64,000 bases of DNA from Dysosmobacter sp. (GTDB taxonomy: Bacteria > Bacillota > Clostridia > Oscillospirales > Oscillospiraceae), in NCBI GenBank assembly GCA_041859815.1, contig JBFLFX010000001.1, forward strand, positions 245-64,244. The letters run 5' to 3'. Each line of letters begins with the position of its first letter. The stretch's first letter is position 1. Shown piece after piece: positions 54,006-62,536 of this stretch. The notes beneath the pieces were generated by a model that was given only the letters and a program-made list of their open reading frames with translations, searched no databases and had not been told where the DNA came from. Position numbers and translations under genes: made by a program.

Positions 54006-55715
54006 ATGAACCCGGCATGTATTTATAAAAAGTGGCTTGAAACCGTGGCGGATGCTGATTTGAAAAGGCAATTACTTGCAATGTCGGAATCCGAAAAAAA
54101 CGATGCGTTTTACAAGGAACTGGCGTTCGGTACCGGCGGATTGCGCGGCGTCATGGGGGCCGGCACAAACCGGATGAATGTTTATACCGTTTGCAGGGCG
54201 ACACAAGGCCTGTGTGATTTTCTGAAGCGCCGAAAGAAATTGACTTCCGTCGCGATTGCGTATGACAGCCGGATAAATTCAGAACTGTTTTCAAAATCCG
54301 CGGCTGAGGTAATTGCCGCCAATGGAGCAACCGCTCATATCTTTTCGGAGCTGATGCCCACTCCCGTTTTGTCCTACGCGGTCAGAAAACTCGCATGCGA
54401 TGCGGGGATTGTGATTACTGCCAGCCACAATCCGTCCGAATATAACGGCTACAAGGTATACGGGAGCGACGGATGCCAGATTACGCTCCAAACGGCCGAA
54501 GCTGTACAAACGTGCATCGAAGCAGTGGATTTGTTTGCCGATGTGAAAAAGACGCCTTTTGAAACAGCTGTCCGGGAGGGCCGTGTCCGTTTTATGTCTC
54601 CGGATATTCTTGAAAGCTATCTTGATCTGGTGGAGCGCTGCTCTATCAATCCCGAACTTATGAATGAGTCGGATTTAAAAGTGATTTATACCCCGCTTAA
54701 TGGCACTGGGAACAAACCCGTCAGAGAAATCCTGTCAAGAGCCGGACTCAAAAATCTGACGGTAGTGCCGGAACAGGAAAATCCGGACGGTCATTTTCCT
54801 ACTTGCCAAATGCCCAACCCGGAGGAACCTTCCGCCTTTGAACTGGCAATCGCGCTTGCCGGGAAAAACGAGGCAGATCTGCTTCTTGCGACAGACCCCG
54901 ATGGCGACAGAGTGGGAGCAGCAGTAAAATACGGACACGGCTATAGATTGCTGACAGGCAATGAAACCGGATGCTTGCTGTTAAACTATATTTTATCTCA
55001 GAAAAAAGCTAAAAACATCCTGCCTGAACGGCCTGTGATTATCAAGACGATTGTCACGAGCGCGATGGCAAACATGATAGCCGGAAAATATGGCGCGCGG
55101 GTCATTGACACTTTGACCGGCTTTAAATATATCGGCGAGCAAATAGGCGCATTGGAGCAAAAGCATCTGGAAGGCAGCTATGTATTGGGATTTGAAGAAA
55201 GCTACGGATACCTGCCTGAGATTTTTGTCAGGGATAAGGATGCCGTATCGGCTTCCCTGCTGATCTGTGAAATGGCTGCCTATTATAAAGAGAATCTTTC
55301 GACGCTGCTTGATGAACTGGAAAAGCTGTATAAACAGTATGGCTATTGGATGCACAAACTGCTGTCCTTCACCTTTCCAGGTGCTGACGGGCACAATAAG
55401 ATAAACGCGATTATGAGCAGTTTCCGGAAAGAAACTGATCTGGAATATGCTGCAATGCCGGTCATCAAAATCGACGATTACCTGGATTCTATGTCTTTGG
55501 ATAAACAAACAGGCAGGAACGCCCGCCTGCTGCTGCCAAAATCCGATGTTATGGTATTCTCGCTTGAAAAAAACTGCGAAATCGTGATAAGGCCCTCGGG
55601 CACGGAGCCGAAAATAAAATGTTATCTGACGGTTATGGCAAAGGATAGCTTCAGTGCAATTCAACTGCTCAATGCGCTTGAGGCTGATTTGGCCAACAAG
55701 CTCGAATCATTATGA
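54006..55715 (+). CDS. phosphohexomutase (phosphomannomutase/phosphoglucomutase)
   Basis: Active-site loop ITASHNPSEYNGYKVY and metal loop ATDPDGDRVG. The start was chosen at MNPACIYKKW; the upstream alternative is 53937. Confidence 0.9.
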   Translation: MNPACIYKKWLETVADADLKRQLLAMSESEKNDAFYKELAFGTGGLRGVMGAGTNRMNVYTVCRATQGLCDFLKRRKKLTSVAIAYDSRINSELFSKSAAEVIAANGATAHIFSELMPTPVLSYAVRKLACDAGIVITASHNPSEYNGYKVYGSDGCQITLQTAEAVQTCIEAVDLFADVKKTPFETAVREGRVRFMSPDILESYLDLVERCSINPELMNESDLKVIYTPLNGTGNKPVREILSRAGLKNLTVVPEQENPDGHFPTCQMPNPEEPSAFELAIALAGKNEADLLLATDPDGDRVGAAVKYGHGYRLLTGNETGCLLLNYILSQKKAKNILPERPVIIKTIVTSAMANMIAGKYGARVIDTLTGFKYIGEQIGALEQKHLEGSYVLGFEESYGYLPEIFVRDKDAVSASLLICEMAAYYKENLSTLLDELEKLYKQYGYWMHKLLSFTFPGADGHNKINAIMSSFRKETDLEYAAMPVIKIDDYLDSMSLDKQTGRNARLLLPKSDVMVFSLEKNCEIVIRPSGTEPKIKCYLTVMAKDSFSAIQLLNALEADLANKLESL

Positions 55716-55728
55716 GGATGTGGTCTAT

Positions 55729-56694
55729 ATGTTGTATCCGCTGAAATTTAATCCGATCTACAAGCAGATCATTTGGGGCGGAACAAATATTTCAAGATAT
55801 TTTCACCGGGATATCGGCTTGGATAAGGTGGCGGAGAGCTGGGAGCTCTGTTGCCGTGTTGACGGAACAAGCGTTGTATCTTCTGGAAAATTAAAAGGCA
55901 AGAGTTTGAGTTGCCTAATCCTCATGTATGGGGACAAGATTCTGGGGGGAACTACTTTCCGGAAGTTCGGCGCTCATTTTCCTCTCCTGATAAAAATAAT
56001 CGACGCAAACGAAAATCTTTCTGTGCAGGTCCACCCCGGCGACGCTTATGCAAGATCCAACGGTGAAAAGAACGGCAAGAACGAGCTGTGGTACGTATTG
56101 GAAGCCCGGGAGAACGCCGAGATTGTATACGGCATAAAACAGGAAGAAACCAAAGAGGAGTTCGTAAAGGCCATTTCAGAAAATAACATTGCGCAGACAT
56201 TAAACATGGAAAACGTAAACGCCGGAGATGTTTTTTATGTGCCGGCCGGTAAAGTACATGCGATCCTTGGTGGGATTCTGATTGCCGAAATCCAGCAAAA
56301 CAGCAATACAACATACCGTATATTTGATTGGAACAGAGTGGATAGATCCGGCAAGGGCAGGACGCTGAATATTTCCGAAGCGCTTGATGTCATTGATTTC
56401 AACTCACAGAATAAACGTGAGCTTTGTCCTCAAATTGCTGATAACAAGGATTATTGCACCAATGCCGTCCTCAGATCCGAATATTTCAATATTGATCGAA
56501 TCACCATACATCACTCCTACATAAGCGCATGGACTGACAGCTTTTTGGTATTGATGTGCATTAAAGGAAGCGGGGTGGTGTATTATGGCGGCGGGACATG
56601 CAGCGTCATACTCGGAGAAACCGTGCTTTTCCCGGCCTGTATCGGGGAGTTTACTATAGATGGGGACATGACGCTGCTTTCCATATACATGTAA
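55729..56694 (+). CDS. manA: class I mannose-6-phosphate isomerase
   Basis: MLYPLKFNPIYKQIIWGG, LSVQVHPGDAYA, ELWYVLEA and VPAGKVHA. Confidence 0.85.
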   Translation: MLYPLKFNPIYKQIIWGGTNISRYFHRDIGLDKVAESWELCCRVDGTSVVSSGKLKGKSLSCLILMYGDKILGGTTFRKFGAHFPLLIKIIDANENLSVQVHPGDAYARSNGEKNGKNELWYVLEARENAEIVYGIKQEETKEEFVKAISENNIAQTLNMENVNAGDVFYVPAGKVHAILGGILIAEIQQNSNTTYRIFDWNRVDRSGKGRTLNISEALDVIDFNSQNKRELCPQIADNKDYCTNAVLRSEYFNIDRITIHHSYISAWTDSFLVLMCIKGSGVVYYGGGTCSVILGETVLFPACIGEFTIDGDMTLLSIYM

Positions 56695-56768
56695 AAACAC
56701 ACGAATAAAGAGTGCGGAAGTTGTTACGATACAGGGGAAAATGTGATAAGAAAAGAGGTGATTATTAA

Positions 56769-56885
56769 ATGTCATTTAAAAACCCGGATAAATTAAAAAA
56801 GAAAAATACGGCAAAAAAAGTCCTTCCACATTCCCCCATTAACGCAAAAGCAGTATCGGCAATAAAACCCAAAGAGATGCAGTAA
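56769..56885 (+). CDS. 38-aa Lys-rich micro-ORF (speculative)
   Basis: AAGAGGTGAT lies 6 nt before the ATG. Sequence: MSFKNPDKLKKKNTAKKVLPHSPINAKAVSAIKPKEMQ. Confidence 0.3.
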   Translation: MSFKNPDKLKKKNTAKKVLPHSPINAKAVSAIKPKEMQ

Positions 56886-56969
56886 GGACAATCAAATAAA
56901 GCGGTAATTTATCAGCAAGCGCCATCAGATTATAAAAACAATAATTGCGCGGAGAGGAAGTGATATTAA

Positions 56970-57083
56970 ATGGGAGATAAAAATCCGAAAAAGCCGAAGA
57001 AAAAGAAGAAAATTGTTGTGAAAATTGCTGTGCAGCCCCCAGTTGCCACGGAAACCTTTACGGTAAATAATACTAAAAAGTAA
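56970..57083 (+). CDS. 37-aa Lys-rich micro-ORF, paralogous N-terminus (speculative)
   Basis: GGAGAGGAAG lies 9 nt before the ATG. Sequence: MGDKNPKKPKKKKKIVVKIAVQPPVATETFTVNNTKK. Confidence 0.3.
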   Translation: MGDKNPKKPKKKKKIVVKIAVQPPVATETFTVNNTKK

Positions 57084-57112
57084 TCGGTTTACATCGCGGA
57101 ATATTAAAATCC

Positions 57113-57475
57113 AGGAAAAAGATTTACAGATGGGAGGACTGCTACTCCACAGGGTACGATCCCGAAACCGGCAAGCAGATCTCCAATAACATCCTTGGCA
57201 AAACGCAGGGCGAACTCGAGGAAAAGCTGAAAAAAGCGATTGACGATACAAGAGCGATCGACGTCCGGCACCCCGAAGGGTACACGGTGGCATGTTGGGT
57301 GCTGACCTGGTTTGAACTGTACTCCAAGCCCAACATCCGCCCTTTCACGGTAGAGTACTATCAGAATTTTATCAGGGACTACATCGTGCCCAAGATCGGC
57401 GACATCCCGCTCAGCAAGCTGGCCCCACGGGGATATCCAAGAAGCTCTGTAACGACCTTAGCGTTGGCCGATGGC
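57113..57475 (+). pseudogene. N-terminal fragment of a tyrosine site-specific integrase
   Basis: RKKIYRWEDCYSTGYDPETGKQISNNILGKTQGELEEKLKKAIDD...WFELYSKPNIRPFTVEYYQNFIRDYIVPKIGDIPLSKL matches the Arm / SAM-like N-domain of Tn916-type integrases. There is no start codon, a frameshift lies after LSKL, and the catalytic domain is absent. Confidence 0.6.
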
Positions 57476-57521
57476 AGCATGGACGACAAAGCACTGCTCG
57501 ATTGGATTCTGGATTGAGACT

Positions 57522-57564
57522 AAAAATACGGCCGCCGGAATTTTACTTCCGATGGCCGTATTTT
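57522..57564 (-). terminator. hairpin directly after the serine recombinase stop
   Basis: aaaaatacggcc ... ggccgtatttt arms with a 20-nt loop, followed by a T-run on the minus strand. Confidence 0.45.
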
Positions 57565-57566
57565 AT

Positions 57567-59249
57567 TTATGCGGTCTGCTTATCCTGTGCATTGTGCTCT
57601 GTCCCGGATGGTGCCGGTGGTTGTGGCATCGTGCCAAACCATTCCTTCTGATTCACATAGCCGATAAATTTATAATGGATGTCCACCCGCTGGCTTTTGC
57701 TGCCATCGGGATTGATGGTTTTTTCATACACCACAATCTTTTCGATCAGTTCGTTGAGGATATGGGCATCCAGTTCCGTGATATCGGTGTACTTCCAGAT
57801 AATCGGCAGGAATTTTTCAATGTCGTCGTAAATCTTCTCACAGCGTGTAATCTCGGCTACCAGCTTTTCCCGCTGGCCCTTCAGTAATTCCTGCTCCCGT
57901 TCGTAGCCGGGGGCCATCGCCTGATACCGTTTCTCGCTGATGCGCTCCAACGCCGCATCCTCATAGAGCTTCGTAAGTATTTTTGACAATTCACCGACCC
58001 GCTTGTCCACAGCCTTGAGCTCGCGTTTGCAGCGCTCGGTTTCCTGCTTCTTCTTATCCGTTCTGGCGGCGATGAGCATATCCATGTATTTCTGCGTGGC
58101 GAGCTTTGCGGCGGATGCGTTGCGCCGGATGTCCTCCAACACCAGGCGGTTGAGGGTCACCCAACCGATGGCATGGGAGGTACAGCGCTGTTTCCCGTAG
58201 TTCTTGTAGACCCAGCAGGAGAAGCCGGTATATCGTCCCTTTTTTGCGTCGTAGCTCACATTCAGGGAGGAGCCGCAGTCGGCACACTTAACCAGCCCTG
58301 CGAAGGGCTGCACTTCGCCGCTTAAATTTTCCCGCCGTTTTGCGCGCATCATCTGATGTACCGTAACCCATATCTCCCGCGTGATGATCGGCTCGTGGGT
58401 GTCCTCGGCGATCACCCATTCCTCCTCCGGGGCCGCGATTCGCGTCTTATCAAAAAAGCCTTTGGTTTTTGTCCGTCCAAATACCGTTTGACCCAGATAA
58501 ACGCGGTTGTTGAGGATCGCCCGGATGGAGGTGGCATGCCAGTCGAAAGGCTTTCGCCAGTAATCACTGTTCTTGTAGTAATCCGGATTGTTCTGATTGA
58601 AATATGCCTGAGGGTTCAGAATACTGCGCTCCCGCAGAATTTTTGTCATCCGCACATAGCCGATGCCATCGGCGAACATCTGGAAGATCTCACGCACAAC
58701 GTCTGCGGCAGGAGGATCAATGATCAGTTTGTGCCGGTCGCCGGGATCTTTCTGATAGCCGAACGGCGCCCGGCTGCCGATAAACATTCCGGCTTTCGCC
58801 CGCGCCCGATGTGCCGCCTTTGTCTTGCTGGACGCCTGCCGCGCGTAGAAGGAATTGATGACGTTGGTGAATGGCAGGACGAGATTATCGATGCCGTTTT
58901 TTGAGTCGATGTTCTCCGCCACTGAAATAAAACGTACGCCTTTTTCCTCAAAGTAGTGTTCAATGTACATTCCCATTTGCGCGTATTCGCGACCGAATCG
59001 GGATAGGTCCTTTACGATCACCATATTGATGTTTCCTGACTCAATATCGTCCAGCATCCGCTTGAAGTTCGGGCGGTCGAAGTTTGTGCCTGACCAACCA
59101 TCGTCGCAATAATATCCGCCAATGGCAATGTGGTGGTCGCTGCAATATTGTGTAAGCAGCGTTTTCTGTGTCTGAATACTGCCCGATTCACCTACGCTGC
59201 CGTCATCCTGGCTGAGCCGGCAATAAATCCCGGCTGTTTCTGTTGCCAT
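57567..59249 (-). CDS. large serine recombinase
   Basis: Trimmed to MATETAGIYCRLSQDDG (catalytic Ser context). Resolvase domain (IVKDLSRFGREY), a recombinase domain, a zinc ribbon (CADCGS...C) and a coiled coil. Confidence 0.95.
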   Translation of the reverse strand: MATETAGIYCRLSQDDGSVGESGSIQTQKTLLTQYCSDHHIAIGGYYCDDGWSGTNFDRPNFKRMLDDIESGNINMVIVKDLSRFGREYAQMGMYIEHYFEEKGVRFISVAENIDSKNGIDNLVLPFTNVINSFYARQASSKTKAAHRARAKAGMFIGSRAPFGYQKDPGDRHKLIIDPPAADVVREIFQMFADGIGYVRMTKILRERSILNPQAYFNQNNPDYYKNSDYWRKPFDWHATSIRAILNNRVYLGQTVFGRTKTKGFFDKTRIAAPEEEWVIAEDTHEPIITREIWVTVHQMMRAKRRENLSGEVQPFAGLVKCADCGSSLNVSYDAKKGRYTGFSCWVYKNYGKQRCTSHAIGWVTLNRLVLEDIRRNASAAKLATQKYMDMLIAARTDKKKQETERCKRELKAVDKRVGELSKILTKLYEDAALERISEKRYQAMAPGYEREQELLKGQREKLVAEITRCEKIYDDIEKFLPIIWKYTDITELDAHILNELIEKIVVYEKTINPDGSKSQRVDIHYKFIGYVNQKEWFGTMPQPPAPSGTEHNAQDKQTA

Positions 59250-59281
59250 ATTGTTGCCCCCTTTCGCAACACACAATACCG

Positions 59282-59485
59282 TTATTCCTTTTCCGAAGCT
59301 ATACCAGAATCCAACAAAATTTCATTCGGAATCTCGTCAGGTTCAGATGCCTGAAAGGAATCGGAAATTAAATCCCCGACCTTTTGGAACAGGTCTTTGT
59401 CTCCATCGTAAAAGCTGAAGGTCACATACTGCACGCCGTGAATCATCGTGCTGTTGACTCGGAAATCACCTTTGAATAAAAACAT
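59282..59485 (-). CDS. small hypothetical protein upstream of the recombinase
   Basis: Trimmed to the ATG at 59485, 6 nt after AGGAGG. Sequence: MFLFKGDFRVNSTMIHGVQYVTFSFYDGDKDLF... Confidence 0.45.
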   Translation of the reverse strand: MFLFKGDFRVNSTMIHGVQYVTFSFYDGDKDLFQKVGDLISDSFQASEPDEIPNEILLDSGIASEKE

Positions 59486-59513
59486 AATTGCCTCCTGTCT
59501 CATAATCGTACTG

Positions 59514-60851
59514 CTACTGCAAGGCCTGCTGCCAGGTTTGCTCATCCTCATGGTCATCCGCCTTATGACCAAGGGCAATTTTCTTTTCACGCTCTTTGGT
59601 GAACACTTTTCGGTCTGTGTACGGATTCAGAGTTGTGGCATCCTTTACGGGAACATCGTCCTGAGTCCGTTCCAGAGCGTGTCCCAGCTGTGCCACATTG
59701 CCCAGAGCACCAGCAAGATTACCGGGATCAGTAGCCATGCCGGGCTGAGGCATGGCAGGTGCAGATGCGGAAGAGAGATACGCCGCGCGTTCTTTTTCCC
59801 AGCCTGCTGCATCGTCTCCCGCACTGCCGCCACATCCCGTGCCAGCACCGCGATCTGCTCCTGGGTCGGGTACGTTCTCGGCCTTTGGGAAAACTCCCGC
59901 ACAAGGGCCGCCTGCACGGCCACACGGTGCTCCAGCGAGGCCAGCATACTCATCAGTTCCGCCCACTCCGCCTGCGTCGGATGTGACTCCGGCTGTGCCG
60001 GTATGGCCGGCTCTTGCCGCATCATCGAACCCTGTGGATGATTCAGCCGTTTCAATTCCTCCATGGACAATTCCCGCTCGGATTCGGAACTCACGTTCCA
60101 TCGCCTCCTTCAAATATCGTTCGTCGTGCAGCCGGTCATCCCGGCACTTCATTCCACTTAGGGTTGTGTAAGTGATATTTTTTCTGGAATCCTGCCAGCG
60201 GATGTCGTAACCCTCGGTGCGCATCAGGGTGATGAACTCCTCACGGGTTCCGGCGTAGCGCATGCACTCGTCGATGGTGTCCATGAGCCGGAACTTCCAG
60301 CTCTCGCCCCGGGCGGCGGTGTGGTATTCCGCCGTGGACATGGACTTCACTTTTTTCTTTTTCTGGTCTTTCTGAAATACTGGCAGGTTAAACATCTCGC
60401 ACACCTGATCGTTTCGCTGCCTGAGCTCGACCAGCTCCGGTTCGCTGATGTGGAGCTTTCGTCCGTCCTCCAGTGAGACGCTGTTGATGATGAAGTGCGA
60501 GTGGACGTGGCCGCGGTCGGTATGGGTGCAGACCAGCACCTCGCGGCCCTCGAAATACTTACCAAGCTCCATCGCCGCCTCGTGCGCCGTGACCGGATCG
60601 ACGTCGGCACCCTTGGGGAAGGACTGTACCATGTGGAAAAACAGGGTTTTGTCATCCTTATGGTAGAGCAGCTTCGTACAGAGAAAATCGTCATAGACGC
60701 TTTCGGGTCGGCAATTGATGCCGCTGATCAGAGCCTGTCCCTGCCACAGCGTTTTCTCCTCCCGCTTCGTGTACGCCATGACCGCCGCCATGCAGGGACG
60801 GTTCTGCCCCCTGGGGTAATTCGTAAAGCTGATGATGGCTATTTCGTCCAC
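59514..60851 (-). CDS. relaxase/mobilization nuclease domain protein; start and 3' third uncertain
   Basis: HTDRGHVHSHFIINSV histidine triad. The N-terminus (V)DE-IAIISFTNY has an ATA (60842-60840) at SD-optimal spacing. The C-terminal third is Gly/Ala-rich and overlaps a better-looking alternative-frame ORF. Confidence 0.8.
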   Translation of the reverse strand: MDEIAIISFTNYPRGQNRPCMAAVMAYTKREEKTLWQGQALISGINCRPESVYDDFLCTKLLYHKDDKTLFFHMVQSFPKGADVDPVTAHEAAMELGKYFEGREVLVCTHTDRGHVHSHFIINSVSLEDGRKLHISEPELVELRQRNDQVCEMFNLPVFQKDQKKKKVKSMSTAEYHTAARGESWKFRLMDTIDECMRYAGTREEFITLMRTEGYDIRWQDSRKNITYTTLSGMKCRDDRLHDERYLKEAMEREFRIRAGIVHGGIETAESSTGFDDAARAGHTGTAGVTSDAGGVGGTDEYAGLAGAPCGRAGGPCAGVFPKAENVPDPGADRGAGTGCGGSAGDDAAGWEKERAAYLSSASAPAMPQPGMATDPGNLAGALGNVAQLGHALERTQDDVPVKDATTLNPYTDRKVFTKEREKKIALGHKADDHEDEQTWQQALQ

Positions 60852-61153
60852 CTCCCTCGCTCGGCGATCTCCCGCAGCGTCTCGCTGATCGCTTTCAGCG
60901 CCTGCGCCGTTTCACCGAGATTGGCAACCGACACTCTGCCCATGTTGGCCAGCATCGTGAGCTGGTTAAGGTTGTTGCCAATGGCGCGCTGCTGTTTCAG
61001 AACTTCCTTTAGATCTTCCACGACCACCACCTGCCTGCCGAGGCAGCATCGGGTAACGTAGTCGCTCTGGGAGAGCCGGGCCTGTTTTGCTTTTTGCTTG
61101 ATGGTGTCCAGATCGCCGGATGCGATCCGAATGCTGAATGTCGTATTCTTCAT
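60839..61153 (-). CDS. mobC: MobC family relaxosome accessory protein
   Basis: FSIRIASGDLDTIKQKAKQARLSQSDYV (RHH) and AIGNNLNQLTMLAN. Confidence 0.9.
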   Translation of the reverse strand: MKNTTFSIRIASGDLDTIKQKAKQARLSQSDYVTRCCLGRQVVVVEDLKEVLKQQRAIGNNLNQLTMLANMGRVSVANLGETAQALKAISETLREIAERGRWTK

Positions 61154-61254
61154 TCGTTCCTCCGTCCTACCGGGTGTGGGGCAGGGCCCCGCAAACTGGG
61201 CGTTTGGCAGGGCGGCGGCTGTGTGGCCGACGTCCAGACAAACGCGATGCTGGC

Positions 61255-61272
61255 TCTCCCCGAAAGGGGAGA
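61255..61272. other. perfect 18-nt palindrome upstream of mobC (candidate oriT inverted repeat)
   Basis: tctcccc-gaaa-ggggaga, in the 137-bp spacer between the ATPase gene and mobC. Confidence 0.25.
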
Positions 61273-61290
61273 AATTCCCCCGCCGGGCAT

Positions 61291-62394
61291 CTACGCATCC
61301 TCCCGTGACAGGTGTGACGGCTGTGACAGCAGATTCGGTACTGGGCCTGTATCGGTTTTCCCGTCATTCCCGTCACTGCCGTCACCAACAAGAGCCAGAC
61401 GCAGCTCCCGACGGTCGCGGGTGCGGTGGGTTTCAAACGTAATTTCGCACGCCGCCAACTCGTCCCGGCAGCGGATCAGCCGCTTGGTCAGCGCGGCCGG
61501 GACGAGCGGTTCACCGCTCAGCTCCGCCAACGCTTCCGCCAGCTCCGTGGCTGTGCCGGTGAACGATTTGCGCTGGCTGAGAAATTCAGAGAGAAAAATA
61601 GTGAGCTTATCTTGCGGCCGTGGCTCCGTGGTAACGCTGTCCGAGAGTAGCTTCCAGATATGCGTTTCGGTATCAAACTCCAGCGTCAGCTCCCGGTACT
61701 CAATGTCTCGCCCGGTACAGTAAAGTGTCGCGGTGCTGCCGCCGCGCTTGTCCTTGCGAAGGACGAAGTTAGAGTCCGTCGCGCCGCTGATGCCTGTGGT
61801 GCCGGAAATCATGTTCATGGGATCATCGTCGTTCATTTTCCGCAGGTGGTGGATGAGCAGAATTGCGATGCGGTGTTTGTCCGCCAGCTCCTTGAGGATG
61901 CCGAGGTCGCGGTAATCGCTGGCGTAGGGATTGACATCATTCGCTATACCGCGGATGCGCTGGAGCGTGTCGATGACAATGAGCGCGGTGCCGGGATGCT
62001 CTTTGAGGAAGCGCTCGATCTGCTGCTCCAGACCGCCGCGGAGCTTTTCCGACATGGTGGCAAAGAACAGATTCGGTGGCGCGTCGTCCGTGATGTCCAG
62101 CAGCCGGTTCTGGATGCGGGAATAGCTGTCCTCCAGACAGAGGTACAGCACATCGCCTTGCACAGACGGGAACTCCCACACGTTATCTCCCTTGGCAACA
62201 CACAGGCACAGCCACAGTGCCAGCCACGATTTTCCCACCTTTGGCGCGCCAGCGAGGATGTGCAGCCCCTGGGGCAGAAGTCCGCCGATGGTGAAGCGGA
62301 TCGGCGGCAGCGGCGTAGTCATCAGGGTTTCGCCGTCTATGGCGTCCAGCCTGTGTTGGTTCACCGTAGCCGCTGGTTCTTTGGTAATTGACAT
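61291..62394 (-). CDS. AAA_25 / RepA-like RecA-fold ATPase of mobile elements
   Basis: HILAGAPKVGKSWLALWL (Walker A), LIVIDTLQRIRG (Walker B context) and AILLIHHLRK. Confidence 0.85.
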   Translation of the reverse strand: MSITKEPAATVNQHRLDAIDGETLMTTPLPPIRFTIGGLLPQGLHILAGAPKVGKSWLALWLCLCVAKGDNVWEFPSVQGDVLYLCLEDSYSRIQNRLLDITDDAPPNLFFATMSEKLRGGLEQQIERFLKEHPGTALIVIDTLQRIRGIANDVNPYASDYRDLGILKELADKHRIAILLIHHLRKMNDDDPMNMISGTTGISGATDSNFVLRKDKRGGSTATLYCTGRDIEYRELTLEFDTETHIWKLLSDSVTTEPRPQDKLTIFLSEFLSQRKSFTGTATELAEALAELSGEPLVPAALTKRLIRCRDELAACEITFETHRTRDRRELRLALVGDGSDGNDGKTDTGPVPNLLSQPSHLSREDA

Positions 62395-62536
62395 TTTGAT
62401 CCTTCCTTTCTTTTGAGAATTGAGAGACTCTTGGTTCTATCGTCAGTGTAGCAACTTTCCCTCTTGCGGTCTCCGTTTGAGCGTGATAACATATAACAGG
62501 CAAAAACAATTTATCGTATATAGCTTGGAGGGACAC

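Larger units (their letters stand above)
44758..57475. mobile_element. low-GC genomic island bounded by a tRNA 3' fragment and a truncated tyrosine integrase
   Basis: A visible drop in GC relative to both flanks. The tRNA fragment is oriented so that the element lies to its right. The integrase remnant sits at the far right. Confidence 0.5.
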
